Of a DNA stretch of 64,000 bases, positions 1 to 8,876 are shown one piece after another (position 1 is the stretch's first letter; each line of letters opens with the position of its first letter). The notes under the pieces are model-generated. The model did not search any database. It was not told where the DNA came from and saw only the letters and a program-made list of their open reading frames with translations. The stretch comes from a virus, in the IMG/VR virus record IMGVR_UViG_3300006028_000002, positions 24,064 through 88,063 of that record; one strand, given 5' to 3'. The translations under genes were made by a program, and so were the position numbers.

Positions 1-176
1 CGTACTGGTTTATTGGGATCTAATTTGCGGTTTGGTACACCATGTTGCTGGATAAATGATAGTAGTCTTTCGTCGGTAGGCTCGGTATAGTCTGCCTTAT
101 ACCGCATCCACTCGGATGCCCATACCGAGGCAATGATGCCACGTGCGTTTTCCTCGTTTGCCTCGTGTGCAATCAT
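1..176 (-). CDS. Hypothetical protein, runs off window
   Basis: ATG at 176 just after helicase stop; MIAHEANEENARGIIASVWASEWMRY... open to position 1. Confidence 0.45.
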   Translation of the reverse strand, partial: MIAHEANEENARGIIASVWASEWMRYKADYTEPTDERLLSFIQQHGVPNRKLDPNKPV

Positions 177-180
177 GTCC

Positions 181-1374
181 TTATCGCCTTCCTGTCAATG
201 ACTCCCAGAGACTCCGAATCCGGCTGCGCTGGCCGCCATGGATTCGCCGGGGGTCGATGTCAATCAATGTGCTCAAATCAAAGTCATCGGTGACGCCCGT
301 GGTATCCAATATCCGGCAATCGGTTTTCGCCCGACCGGTGCGGGGATCGATCCAAGGCTTTCCCGTCCGCGGGTCGATGCAGGGTCGCAGGCCGCGCCCG
401 ATCATCTGGGTGAGGAATCCGGGGGATTCCGTGTAACGATCCAGCAGAATGCAGCTCACCTGCGGGCAGTCGAATCCCTCCGTGGCAACACCCACATTGA
501 CCATGACGCGGATCTCGCCGGCCGCCAGTTTCTTATAGATTACCTGCCGGTCCTCATAGGGCGTGGATCCGATGACCAATGCCACCGGTACTCCGGCATC
601 CTGGAATGCAGCCGTGCGCATGTGAGCTAGTTTGATGCTGGAGGTGTAGACGATTGTGATGCGGTTTTCCGCTTTGCGTAGCCATTCCTGGGCGATGCGC
701 TGGGAATCACGCTCATCGAGGCCCCGTGAGGTCAATGGCCGGAAAAACTGCCGAAACCGATCCCCGCGCCGTTCCAGTTTGATGCGCTTGGTGCTGTATT
801 TCACCAGGAGTTGCTGACTGATCGCCCACTCCGGGGTCACCACATCCGCAACCGACTCAAACAGGTCATCGAATTGTTGCCCATCGCCGCGAGTGAGAGT
901 AGCGGTCACGCCCAGCAGTTTGGTGCGCCGCTGGTCGAAACAGCCAGCCCAGCGAGCAATCATCAGATACGATTTGGCCAACGCGTGGTGGACCTCATCG
1001 ATAACGACCAGTGTGGGCACCCAGCCGATAGCATCGAGAGCTGCCTGTCGTTTCGGCCGGCACATGGATTGCACCATGGCGATAATGAGGTCGTAGCCGA
1101 TGTCATTCTGTGCGGCCTGGATGCGACCCACCGGGATTTTTGAGTAGGCGGCGATGCGTTCGGTGAGTTGATCGAGCAGTTCCGAGCGGTGCGCCAGCAC
1201 CAATACCCGGCCACCTTTCGCAACCTCATCGATACAGGCGTCGGCAATATAATCGGTTTTTCCGATACCCGTAGGCCACACGATAGCAGTACGAGTAACC
1301 CCAGATTCCCACTCAGCATCAGTTCGATCGCGTGCGATTTGCTGATATTCGCGTAATTGGCGTGGCGTATTCAT
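181..1374 (-). CDS. SF2 DEAD/DEAH-box helicase
   Basis: LREYQ, PTGIGKT, DEVHH, TAT, TEGFDCP, QMIGRGLR motifs; ATG 1374 overlaps HNH stop (ATGA). Confidence 0.9.
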   Translation of the reverse strand: MNTPRQLREYQQIARDRTDAEWESGVTRTAIVWPTGIGKTDYIADACIDEVAKGGRVLVLAHRSELLDQLTERIAAYSKIPVGRIQAAQNDIGYDLIIAMVQSMCRPKRQAALDAIGWVPTLVVIDEVHHALAKSYLMIARWAGCFDQRRTKLLGVTATLTRGDGQQFDDLFESVADVVTPEWAISQQLLVKYSTKRIKLERRGDRFRQFFRPLTSRGLDERDSQRIAQEWLRKAENRITIVYTSSIKLAHMRTAAFQDAGVPVALVIGSTPYEDRQVIYKKLAAGEIRVMVNVGVATEGFDCPQVSCILLDRYTESPGFLTQMIGRGLRPCIDPRTGKPWIDPRTGRAKTDCRILDTTGVTDDFDLSTLIDIDPRRIHGGQRSRIRSLWESLTGRR

Positions 1375-1907
1375 GATAGATGAGTCCAAGTCTGTCGCCT
1401 GACGATGAATCCGACATTTTGTCGCGTGATGCTAAACTGTCTAGCTATCGCTGGATAAGATTGCCCAGACGCCGCCAGTAGTCTAATCATTTCAACGTCG
1501 GCATCATTGAGTTTGCGATTGCCATTACGTTCCCCATGCTGCACTGTGTTGTGCTTAACTTTATCTAACATGTTGTCTCTATGTGTGGTCCATCTGAGGT
1601 TAGTCCACTCATTATTGTGCGTATTATTGTCCGCATGAGCAACTTCCATTCCCTCTGGTTTCGTGCCGATAAATGCGGTAGCTACAAGAACATGTATGCC
1701 GACTGAGTAGTTCGCGCCGCTTACTCTGTAAACTACAACGAGATATTTTCTATCCTTACAGGTGGGTGTGATAAGTTTTCCAGAGCGTCCGATGATAGAT
1801 CCGTAATTTCCGACTAGGAATCCGGGGTGCAGCGGGTCTGATGATCTAAATTGCTCGACATTGCCCATTTGACCTATACGAGCACAGTAGCTACATTTGC
1901 CAGTCAT
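1371..1907 (-). CDS. HNH homing endonuclease with C-terminal HTH
   Basis: IHVLVATAFIG...VAHADNNTHNNEWTNLRW; C-terminal SYPAIARQFSITRQNV; lower GC than flanks. Confidence 0.85.
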   Translation of the reverse strand: MTGKCSYCARIGQMGNVEQFRSSDPLHPGFLVGNYGSIIGRSGKLITPTCKDRKYLVVVYRVSGANYSVGIHVLVATAFIGTKPEGMEVAHADNNTHNNEWTNLRWTTHRDNMLDKVKHNTVQHGERNGNRKLNDADVEMIRLLAASGQSYPAIARQFSITRQNVGFIVRRQTWTHLS

Positions 1908-1913
1908 TGGACT

Positions 1914-2345
1914 TCACGACGCCTTCCTGCGAGCCGGAGCCCTGCGCGTGCGGGTGCTGGCGGTGTGGATCCGTCGAATCGGTTTCCGAACGGGAACCCA
2001 TCCGAGCATGTACCAGGCCACCACGATGACTTCGATCAACGCGGCGATCAGCCGCATGTAATGGTTGCCAGTCCAGAGGGAAAACGGAACGGCCATGTTG
2101 GAAGCAATGGCGATATCGAACCAGATGGAAGGCATCGCCCGGCGCGTGGTGATCTTGCGGCGCAGCCTGTTGGCGATCTTGTTCACTGTCTTGCTCCTGA
2201 CTGAGCAGGTGCCGCCCACCGCATACCCCGGGAGAGTCTGGTTGGGGCCTTGCTGGTGGGGGGCGCTACGTTGTTGCCTGACATCATCAGTATGGCCTTG
2301 CGCACGCACGTTGTCAAGAGGTACTGACGAGCTGGTCTCAGCCAT
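1914..2345 (-). CDS. Hypothetical membrane protein (possible Spd-like accessory)
   Basis: Two hydrophobic segments, basic tail; coupled to upstream gene in the traB operon. Confidence 0.5.
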   Translation of the reverse strand: MAETSSSVPLDNVRAQGHTDDVRQQRSAPHQQGPNQTLPGYAVGGTCSVRSKTVNKIANRLRRKITTRRAMPSIWFDIAIASNMAVPFSLWTGNHYMRLIAALIEVIVVAWYMLGWVPVRKPIRRIHTASTRTRRAPARRKAS

Positions 2346-2664
2346 CCCTGGACCTCATCTGATCGGGAAGGTTGCGGAGCAGATGCCCTCCGCCGAGGAT
2401 TCGGATCGCGAGCGCGGCTGGTCGTAGTTTCTTGCCGGTGGTGCCGCAGTACCCGCAGTGCTCACCGAAGTTCTGACGAGCCTTATCCCAGTTCCGCCCC
2501 TTGTCACAGTGCTTGCACGGGCGTAGCGGGCGCCACGTCACCTCCATAAACCAGATCATCACCACGGCCGGCACGAGCAGGATGAGATGCGCCGCCACGC
2601 CGATGCGTGCGCCCAGCGACAGCACCGCCATGAGCACCGCACCGCTCAGTATCAGGTACCTCAC
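2338..2664 (-). CDS. Membrane protein with CxxC...CxxC zinc finger
   Basis: Two TM segments then RPCKHCDKG...HCGYCGTTG; RBS ggagg. Confidence 0.65.
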   Translation of the reverse strand: MRYLILSGAVLMAVLSLGARIGVAAHLILLVPAVVMIWFMEVTWRPLRPCKHCDKGRNWDKARQNFGEHCGYCGTTGKKLRPAALAIRILGGGHLLRNLPDQMRSRDG

Positions 2665-2701
2665 GAGGGCCTCCTGTTACCTTGCGCGGGCCTCGAACGC
2701 A

Positions 2702-2864
2702 GGGGCACTCCGGGGGCACTCCGGAGATCGTTAAACCCGCTCCGGCGTAGCGCCTCCGGAGTGCCTAGAGCGCGAGGGCACTCCGGCCCGTAGCGCCCGT
2801 GACCAGCAGGTTTGTCGAGGGCACTCCGGCCGGAGTGGGGTGCGGAGTGGGGTGCGGAGCGGGG
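2702..2864. repeat. Array of C(A/G)CTCCG repeats, candidate clt/TRS locus
   Basis: Forward copies at 2706, 2717, 2738, 2779, 2822; reverse copies at 2757, 2831, 2843, 2855; directly downstream of the traB stop. Confidence 0.7.
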
Positions 2865-2866
2865 CA

Positions 2867-4960
2867 TCACGCCTCACCTCTCAAGATCGTCATGGCTTTT
2901 TCTACGTCTTCCCGGTAATAGCAGCGGCACCGTTGTTGCGGTGTGCAACTTACTCGGCAGCGACCATTGCGGGGTTTGATGATATCCCCGTCGTCATTAC
3001 CCGGAATCGCCTTTCGCAGGGCCGTGGCCAGGCTTTCCGCACTCCAGTTCTCGCCATCACTGTTGGCGAACTCCAGAACCAATCCGCTGGCCAATACATC
3101 CACCTGATAATGATTGAGCGCCGCCTCTACCGTGTATAGCGCGCCCGAGGGGGTAGGTGTGGGACCGGCGGCATCGATGACCGTGACCGGTTCCGGTGTG
3201 AGGTCGTCCTCGCGCGTGAACTCCAGTGCCGGCAGCAGCTTGTGCGGGCAGTTACCCTGGGCTTCCCATTCTTTGAGCCGGCGGAGTGCGCGTGCCTTGA
3301 TGGCGAACGGTGCGTATCCGCGCACGTAATCAGAGCCGAATCCAGGTCCGTCCACCACGGCCTTGCCGGCGTCATTCGGGTTGCGTTCGTCCGCGGGTTG
3401 CAGCAAATGCGGTGCGTAGCCCTGGTCGCGGCGGTCTTTCCCCAGCAGGTCGACGGTATCCCGCTCGCTGCACGGGCCGATGATTTTAACCCCTACCTGT
3501 TTGTAGACAACCGAGGATCCCCAGTCCTCATTACCGCTGGCCTGGCAGGCGCCGATGATGGAGACCCCCAACTCCAGCCCGAGCCGCATGATGGTTTTCA
3601 CCATCTCCAGCAGGTTGGGTTTCCGGCCGCGGTGGACTTTCGTGCCGTCGTAGGAGACGATTTCCGGCAGTTCATCGAGCACCAGGACGATGGCCGGTCC
3701 CAGGTCGGGATTCCACTTGTCGACGTCATTGTCGGGATCATCATCCGAGTTGATCTCTTTGAGGATCCGGTTGCGGTGATGGATCTGGGCAATGGCCCAC
3801 CGCAACAGATCCTCGATCTCCTCAACGGTCTCCGCTTTGTTGTCCAGCACCGCCCGGTTATAGAGCACATCCCGCCAAGCGTCGAACCGGGCGGATTTGA
3901 CGAGTGCACCCGCGCACACCACAACATCGCGCGTCGCCGAGAGCCGGTCGATGATATTGCTGAGGTGGACGGTTTTTCCACCTCGGGTTTTTGCCACCAG
4001 CAGGATGTGCCGCATTACCAGGATGAGTTCGAACAGAACCTCCCGATTGGCGGAGGCACCCAGATCCAGCGGTTGCCAGCCGGACACCGACCCCGCCGGC
4101 AGCCACGGCGCCTCCGGCACGGTTTTCAGCGGATCGAGCAGCGGGATGAGGATCGTCTTGTCGGCGGCATTGGTGGGGCTGGTGATCAGTTGGCAGACCC
4201 CGTGCGGGGCCCGGATCCACTTTTCCAGCTCACGCAGCAGTTTGGCATCGATCTCCATGGTGGTGTGCACGTCCACCTGGAAAGCCCCTCGCCACGCATC
4301 CGGACGGATATCGTGCACCCGGATGGCGTGCTCTAGCGGGGGTTTGTGCTCGGCCAGGAATGTATCGATCTGACCCCAGAGGATCGAGGTGGGCATGCCC
4401 AGTTGCAGTGCCTCCGGCCGGCGCGGTGGTTTTTGTCGGGGTGCTCGGCCCCGGCGTCCGATCGCATCGAGCGCTGCCCACAACCCGAGCCCGGCAAGTG
4501 CCCCGGTGTAGGGGTGTTTGAGCCCGAGCCACAATCCGAGTATTGCGAGCGCGCCCAGCGCGGCGGCGAGCAGTATTCCGCGGGCCCGGCGGGCGTTGAT
4601 GTGCCGTTCCTTGGCCCGGTACTGGTGTGGGCTGCCCAGGGCCAGGCGCACCCCTTCCTCATGGTGCAGCGCAGCGCCGAACGCATAGGCCCGATCAATG
4701 ATCCGCAGGACACCCTCGATGGTGTACCCGCACTCGTACCAACACCCCCGCACGCCCCGGCCGAGCAGGATGGCCAGTGCTTTCGGCACCCGGTACCAGG
4801 GATGCACGGCGTAATACGCCATCGCGCGCAACCGCCGCGGACTCACCGGCAGGGTGTGATGATCCGCAGCCCGTAACCAGGCCGGCATGCCCGCGGTCTC
4901 ATCCGGCCACGAAATGAGGGCAGGGGGTACCCCGTGGCGGTGCTGGTTGCGCAGGGTCAT
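2867..4960 (-). CDS. traB: FtsK/SpoIIIE-family DNA translocase, TraB-like
   Basis: N-terminal TM pair; HILLVAKTRGGKT Walker A; LVLDELPE Walker B; GKAVVDG; C-terminal wHTH-like W..ESLATAL...YYREDV. Confidence 0.8.
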   Translation of the reverse strand: MTLRNQHRHGVPPALISWPDETAGMPAWLRAADHHTLPVSPRRLRAMAYYAVHPWYRVPKALAILLGRGVRGCWYECGYTIEGVLRIIDRAYAFGAALHHEEGVRLALGSPHQYRAKERHINARRARGILLAAALGALAILGLWLGLKHPYTGALAGLGLWAALDAIGRRGRAPRQKPPRRPEALQLGMPTSILWGQIDTFLAEHKPPLEHAIRVHDIRPDAWRGAFQVDVHTTMEIDAKLLRELEKWIRAPHGVCQLITSPTNAADKTILIPLLDPLKTVPEAPWLPAGSVSGWQPLDLGASANREVLFELILVMRHILLVAKTRGGKTVHLSNIIDRLSATRDVVVCAGALVKSARFDAWRDVLYNRAVLDNKAETVEEIEDLLRWAIAQIHHRNRILKEINSDDDPDNDVDKWNPDLGPAIVLVLDELPEIVSYDGTKVHRGRKPNLLEMVKTIMRLGLELGVSIIGACQASGNEDWGSSVVYKQVGVKIIGPCSERDTVDLLGKDRRDQGYAPHLLQPADERNPNDAGKAVVDGPGFGSDYVRGYAPFAIKARALRRLKEWEAQGNCPHKLLPALEFTREDDLTPEPVTVIDAAGPTPTPSGALYTVEAALNHYQVDVLASGLVLEFANSDGENWSAESLATALRKAIPGNDDGDIIKPRNGRCRVSCTPQQRCRCYYREDVEKAMTILRGEA

Positions 4961-4981
4961 GGCATATCCGGTGTAGTGATC

Positions 4982-5029
4982 GGGTTTAGCCGTGTAGTCT
5001 AAACCCCGGATCTATGACCGTGAATCCGG
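4982..5029. promoter_or_regulatory. Two inverted repeats in the traB/regulator divergent gap (operator-like)
   Basis: GGGTTTAG-N9-CTAAACCC (4982-5006) and CCGGAT-N12-ATCCGG (5006-5029). Confidence 0.5.
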
Positions 5030-5065
5030 ATCAGCACTCAACTACTGGTTTTCTAGGAGGATTCC

Positions 5066-5542
5066 ATGCCAGGCAACCCGAGACGGCCCGGCTCACCCCC
5101 GGCGCGAGCACTACCCCCGCCACCGCAACCACCGCCCCGGACCGATCCGCCGGCACCCAGCAACGGAGGAAACGGGACCAATGGTGAGCCGCTCGGCAAC
5201 ACGATCCAGCCTGAGTGGATCTACACGGAGGGAATGACCGCAGCCGAGGCCCTACAGTTCGTGCTGGGTGACGCGGTAACGGGCAACAACCTGGCAGACG
5301 GCGCGGCTGCGATGGCCAGAATCGCCGAGTGGCTGCGGTTGATTCCGGCGCTCCGGTCAGTGATCTTGCACCTGATGTTCAATGATTATGTACGCCGGGG
5401 GGATCGCCGGCCCGAGCACCAGCGCAACAACTGGGCGGAGGTAGCCCGCATGGCTAGGCTGCCCTATGCCACCGCCTATAAGTACGCCCACCGGGTGGAA
5501 TGCTACGACACCATCCCCGGGGACGACGATGACCAGCAATAG
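5066..5542 (+). CDS. Putative HTH regulator divergent from traB
   Basis: Strong RBS aggagg; C-terminal NWAEVARMARLPYATAYKY HTH-like; Pro-rich N-terminus. Confidence 0.55.
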   Translation: MPGNPRRPGSPPARALPPPPQPPPRTDPPAPSNGGNGTNGEPLGNTIQPEWIYTEGMTAAEALQFVLGDAVTGNNLADGAAAMARIAEWLRLIPALRSVILHLMFNDYVRRGDRRPEHQRNNWAEVARMARLPYATAYKYAHRVECYDTIPGDDDDQQ

Positions 5543-5712
5543 GAAGACGGGCCCCGAGGCTGCGCGCGCTCAGAGCCCGTCCCGTCACGGTAGGCGGAGA
5601 TGAGGGGCTACCTACCGGGTGTCCCCAGACCGTCCAAGATGTCAGGCAAGGGAGGTTTCCAGGGACGGCCCTAGTCTAGCAGGCCCGTCAGCTCAGCGAT
5701 TCTCTATGGAAT

Positions 5713-5742
5713 TTGACAACGGCTAGGCCAGGGGTCCATTAT
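5713..5742 (+). promoter_or_regulatory. SigA-type promoter of lsr2
   Basis: TTGACA-N18-CATTAT. Confidence 0.55.
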
Positions 5743-5800
5743 CGCGGGCGACATAGACCCGCGACATTAAATCATTTGACTCAAGGGAGGAACTACCTCG

Positions 5801-6277
5801 ATGGCAACCAAGACCTACACCATCATGCACGATGACCTGGACGGCACGGCGGAAAGCGACACCAACCCGGTGAGCACCGTGGAATTTGCGCTGGACGGGC
5901 AGGACTACGAGATCGACCTGGGTGGCGGGAATGCAGCCAACCTGCGCTCGATGCTGGCCCCCTTTGTCGCTGCCGCGCGCAAGGCCACCGCTAAGACAGC
6001 CACTACCGCCGCGAAGGCCACCCGGGGGACGGCTACCGCCAAGCCCGACCGGGAGCAAAATGCCGCGATCCGCACCTGGGCGCGCAGCCGGGGTGCCACG
6101 ATTAGCGAGCGCGGCCGGATCCCGGCTGAAGTCACTGAGGCATATCACAAGGGTGGGGAGGCAGCCGAGCAGGCATTGCAGGTTTACATTGCCGGCCAAC
6201 AGGCTCGCCTCAATGCCCAGCTGACGCAGGGGGCCAATGGCCAGACCGCCCAGGTACCAGTGGCGGCCGGCGTGTGA
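5801..6277 (+). CDS. lsr2: Lsr2 nucleoid-associated protein
   Basis: [37 protein letters not shown]-hook. Confidence 0.93.
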   Translation: MATKTYTIMHDDLDGTAESDTNPVSTVEFALDGQDYEIDLGGGNAANLRSMLAPFVAAARKATAKTATTAAKATRGTATAKPDREQNAAIRTWARSRGATISERGRIPAEVTEAYHKGGEAAEQALQVYIAGQQARLNAQLTQGANGQTAQVPVAAGV

Positions 6278-6297
6278 TCTTTTAACCAGGATCAGGG

Positions 6298-6336
6298 AGC
6301 CGGCCGTGGCCAGTGCGCTGCGGCCGGTTTCTTTTT
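6298..6336 (+). terminator. Intrinsic terminator after lsr2
   Basis: AGCCGGCCG...CGGCCGGTT followed by TCTTTTT. Confidence 0.75.
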
Positions 6337-6360
6337 GCTCCGGTAGCTCGTCAGTACCTC

Positions 6361-6389
6361 TTGACAAGGTGCGGGGAGGTGCGTAACGT
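6361..6389 (+). promoter_or_regulatory. SigA-type early promoter
   Basis: TTGACA-N17-TAACGT. Confidence 0.7.
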
Positions 6390-6432
6390 CAGCAGTGTCA
6401 GGCAAGCAAGAACCGCCCAGGAGATGATTTCA

Positions 6433-6744
6433 ATGATCACCACTAAGGTAAAGCAACTGACCGCCATGAACATCAAAGCCCTGCGCGCAATTTCTCACGA
6501 CGCCGGCATGCACATCACGTTCGGCAAGACCTACGTCATCTTCGAGGCAGCTCCCTTAGGCGCCCTCATAGCCGTCGAATCCGCCATGACCGTTGTCGCT
6601 CAAACCGAGGGCATCAACTCCACCTACAACTCGCTGCGTGCTGTGCAGCGTAAACTGGTCAGCGCCGCACCCTACCGGATCGAGGAGTTTGCCGGCGTCC
6701 GAGGCGTTACGAAGCTCACTGATTACGTCCAGATCGCCCGTTGA
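6433..6744 (+). CDS. Hypothetical protein
   Basis: RBS aggag then ATG 6433, downstream of promoter; the longer track start would span the terminator. Confidence 0.65.
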   Translation: MITTKVKQLTAMNIKALRAISHDAGMHITFGKTYVIFEAAPLGALIAVESAMTVVAQTEGINSTYNSLRAVQRKLVSAAPYRIEEFAGVRGVTKLTDYVQIAR

Positions 6745-6769
6745 TCAATTGCAGAGGGAGTGATCTGAG

Positions 6770-7288
6770 ATGGCATTTAACTGGTACACCGTGCGCACGC
6801 CGGAGCAGTGGGCGATCGAGGCCGACAACTTCCGCACCCTCGCTAAAGAATGTGCCCAGCGTTCCCGTGAATCGTTCGAGCGCTGCGATACCGATGGCTA
6901 TCTATCCCAGTGGGCTGCCGACTCAATGGCCCGGCATTACCACACCTGCGCCGAGCTCTGCGATGCCCAGGGGATGCAGGAGCGTATCGCGCTGTTTGAT
7001 CTGGACGGCAAGCTGGCTGCCACGCGCATGGTTACTACTCAGTACGGCACGGCATGGCTCACCCGGGATGGAAAATTTGTCAACCCGAGTCGCGCCAAGA
7101 AAGGCGTCACACGCTATCGCAACCTGAAGGCTAAGGGCTACACGGAGGGTACGATCCGGATTCGCTGTGGCGTGTTCTCGCGCTCGGATGGGCCTTACCA
7201 GGTGGTCGACGTTATCGAGCCGCTGCGTGACACCACCGACGTCGAGATCATCACTACGGACAACGGGATCGGGGAAAACTGGACGTGA
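6770..7288 (+). CDS. Hypothetical phage protein
   Basis: RBS gggag; ESFERCDTDGYLSQWA motif; GC3-rich codons. Confidence 0.75.
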   Translation: MAFNWYTVRTPEQWAIEADNFRTLAKECAQRSRESFERCDTDGYLSQWAADSMARHYHTCAELCDAQGMQERIALFDLDGKLAATRMVTTQYGTAWLTRDGKFVNPSRAKKGVTRYRNLKAKGYTEGTIRIRCGVFSRSDGPYQVVDVIEPLRDTTDVEIITTDNGIGENWT

Positions 7289-7403
7289 GCACAGAGCCTT
7301 TTCAGACGGACCCCTACCAGATCGAGACGCCTGTACAGGATTTGATCATCGATGTCGAGTGGCAGGGCATGGTCGACGCCGGCAATAGTGGAGAGGTTGG
7401 GAA

Positions 7404-7568
7404 ATGAGTAACCGGGTCAACGCACCGCGAAACCTCACACCCGCCGAGCGCAACGAGTTGAATAAGAAACTCTCTGACCTTAATGCGATGTTGTCAGAGC
7501 CGGAGGACGGTCCCCAGCTGGTGGAGGCGGTAAGACACCTGCTCAAGCAATATGGCCAGCTTCGCTAA
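7404..7568 (+). CDS. Hypothetical protein (54 aa)
   Basis: RBS gagagg; MSNRVNAPRNLTPAERNELNKKL... Confidence 0.5.
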   Translation: MSNRVNAPRNLTPAERNELNKKLSDLNAMLSEPEDGPQLVEAVRHLLKQYGQLR

Positions 7569-7688
7569 AAACAACTACATAGCTCGGGACTCGGGTGGGG
7601 CGCACGTGAGGCATGTGTCCGAGCGGGAGGCCGGCGCGGCGGCCGGGTTAGATTCCACCCATCACAATCAACTGGAGATGAGGACACC

Positions 7689-7886
7689 ATGTGTGAGAAT
7701 ACTGAGCTTGACCCAGAGGCCGAGATCTGGCTCGCCGTTTATTGCAATGCCACCGGGCATGACCGGCGAACCGCCATCGCTCGATTGACGCAAATCGGTT
7801 TGCGCAGCTGGTTGACAGAGGATCATTATCGAGGTGAGCGAACATGCGGTCGAGTGATGGCCAGTTTTCATGCAGGGACGGGGTAG
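7689..7886 (+). CDS. Hypothetical protein
   Basis: RBS gagga; fits operon. Confidence 0.55.
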   Translation: MCENTELDPEAEIWLAVYCNATGHDRRTAIARLTQIGLRSWLTEDHYRGERTCGRVMASFHAGTG

Positions 7887-7901
7887 GACAGGAGACGCAT
7901 C

Positions 7902-8378
7902 ATGAAGATGCCTATTATCGATCTCAGCTCACGTGAGGGGATCGACTGGAGTCAGCCGCAACCGTTTGGTACGTGGCGCTGTGACCGAGGTTATGAGACT
8001 GACGGTTACCAATGCCTCTGCCTGCAACGGGCCACCACCGAGGTTAATGGTGAGAACTTGTGCACCGAGCACGCGCTGATCGAGACGCTTGATCGAATCC
8101 GATGTGAACTTGCGGAATCTCGTGAAGCTGCTCAAGAGACGGCTGAGCGACTGGGTGATATCGATGCTTCGCTGGCTACGGTGTCCGACGCGCTGTGGGA
8201 TATCGGGCGCACTTTGCTGCCTTTCTGGCGACGCTGGTACCGGAGTCTGCGCGCTCGACGCTGGGCGAAACGGCAAACAGATAAAACGCAGCGACGACCC
8301 TGGGGTAAGGAGATGCCGGATAGCAGCCCTGCACCGGAGATGATGCCTGAGAGTGAATTGCGAGGACTGGATCAATGA
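7902..8378 (+). CDS. Hypothetical protein with Cys/His cluster and coiled coil
   Basis: RBS aggag; C..C..LCTEH; helical middle. Confidence 0.65.
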   Translation: MKMPIIDLSSREGIDWSQPQPFGTWRCDRGYETDGYQCLCLQRATTEVNGENLCTEHALIETLDRIRCELAESREAAQETAERLGDIDASLATVSDALWDIGRTLLPFWRRWYRSLRARRWAKRQTDKTQRRPWGKEMPDSSPAPEMMPESELRGLDQ

Positions 8379-8560
8379 CTGTAGCTGAGCTGATCCAGCA
8401 ACTTCAGGCGCTACCTGCCGAGCTGCCGGTGTATTTCCGGGACACTGACGGGGACTGGCTACCATGCCAATCAACGGACGTGCAGCCGCAACATTTTTAT
8501 GAGATGGGGCGGTACCTTATACGGCCTGGCACTAAGTGGTTTATTACAGTCGGCGATTAA
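8375..8560 (+). CDS. Hypothetical phage protein (MTVAELI type)
   Basis: ATGA overlap; MTVAELIQQLQALPAELPV. Confidence 0.7.
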   Translation: MTVAELIQQLQALPAELPVYFRDTDGDWLPCQSTDVQPQHFYEMGRYLIRPGTKWFITVGD

Positions 8561-8612
8561 TCTGATCCGCCCAACGGGGTAGGCATCGGATGAGCAGAAG
8601 GGAGGTGCCGAC

Positions 8613-8876
8613 ATGGCAGACTGGCGTGATCGTGCCGCGTGCCGCGACGAGGATCCGGAGCTTTTCTTTGCAGTCGGCACCTCCGGTCCGGCGTTGCTCC
8701 AGATTACTGAGGCCAAGGCTGTTTGCCGTCGCTGCCCTGTCAGTGCTGAGTGCTTGTCTTACGCGCTGCGCATGGGCTGCGATGACGGAGTGTTCGGCGG
8801 CATGTCTGCCGATGAAAGGCGGGCGCTCAAGCGGCGCAATGCTCGCACGGGTGCCCGCACTGGCACCAACGGATAG
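8613..8876 (+). CDS. whiB1: WhiB-family Fe-S transcription factor, WhiB1/WblE-like
   Basis: DWRDRAACRDEDPELFF, CRRCPV, fourth Cys, GVFGGMSADERRALKRR; RBS ggagg. Confidence 0.93.
   Translation: MADWRDRAACRDEDPELFFAVGTSGPALLQITEAKAVCRRCPVSAECLSYALRMGCDDGVFGGMSADERRALKRRNARTGARTGTNG

Noticed and set aside
2702-2864. CRISPR array
   Set aside because: Repeats are 7-16 bp, irregularly spaced and in both orientations; no cas genes
2661-2870. 69-aa ORF MMPRSAPHSAPHSG
   Set aside because: Its sequence is dictated by the DNA repeat array in both orientations, so a cis-acting site explains it better. Not fully excluded, because it overlaps both neighbours neatly.
3242-4336. Long antisense ORFs (also 18686-19420, 25196-26644, 47382-48311, 48502-49389, 54226-54942)
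   Set aside because: Shadow frames of GC3-rich genes with recognisable motifs on the other strand; no RBS or motifs of their own
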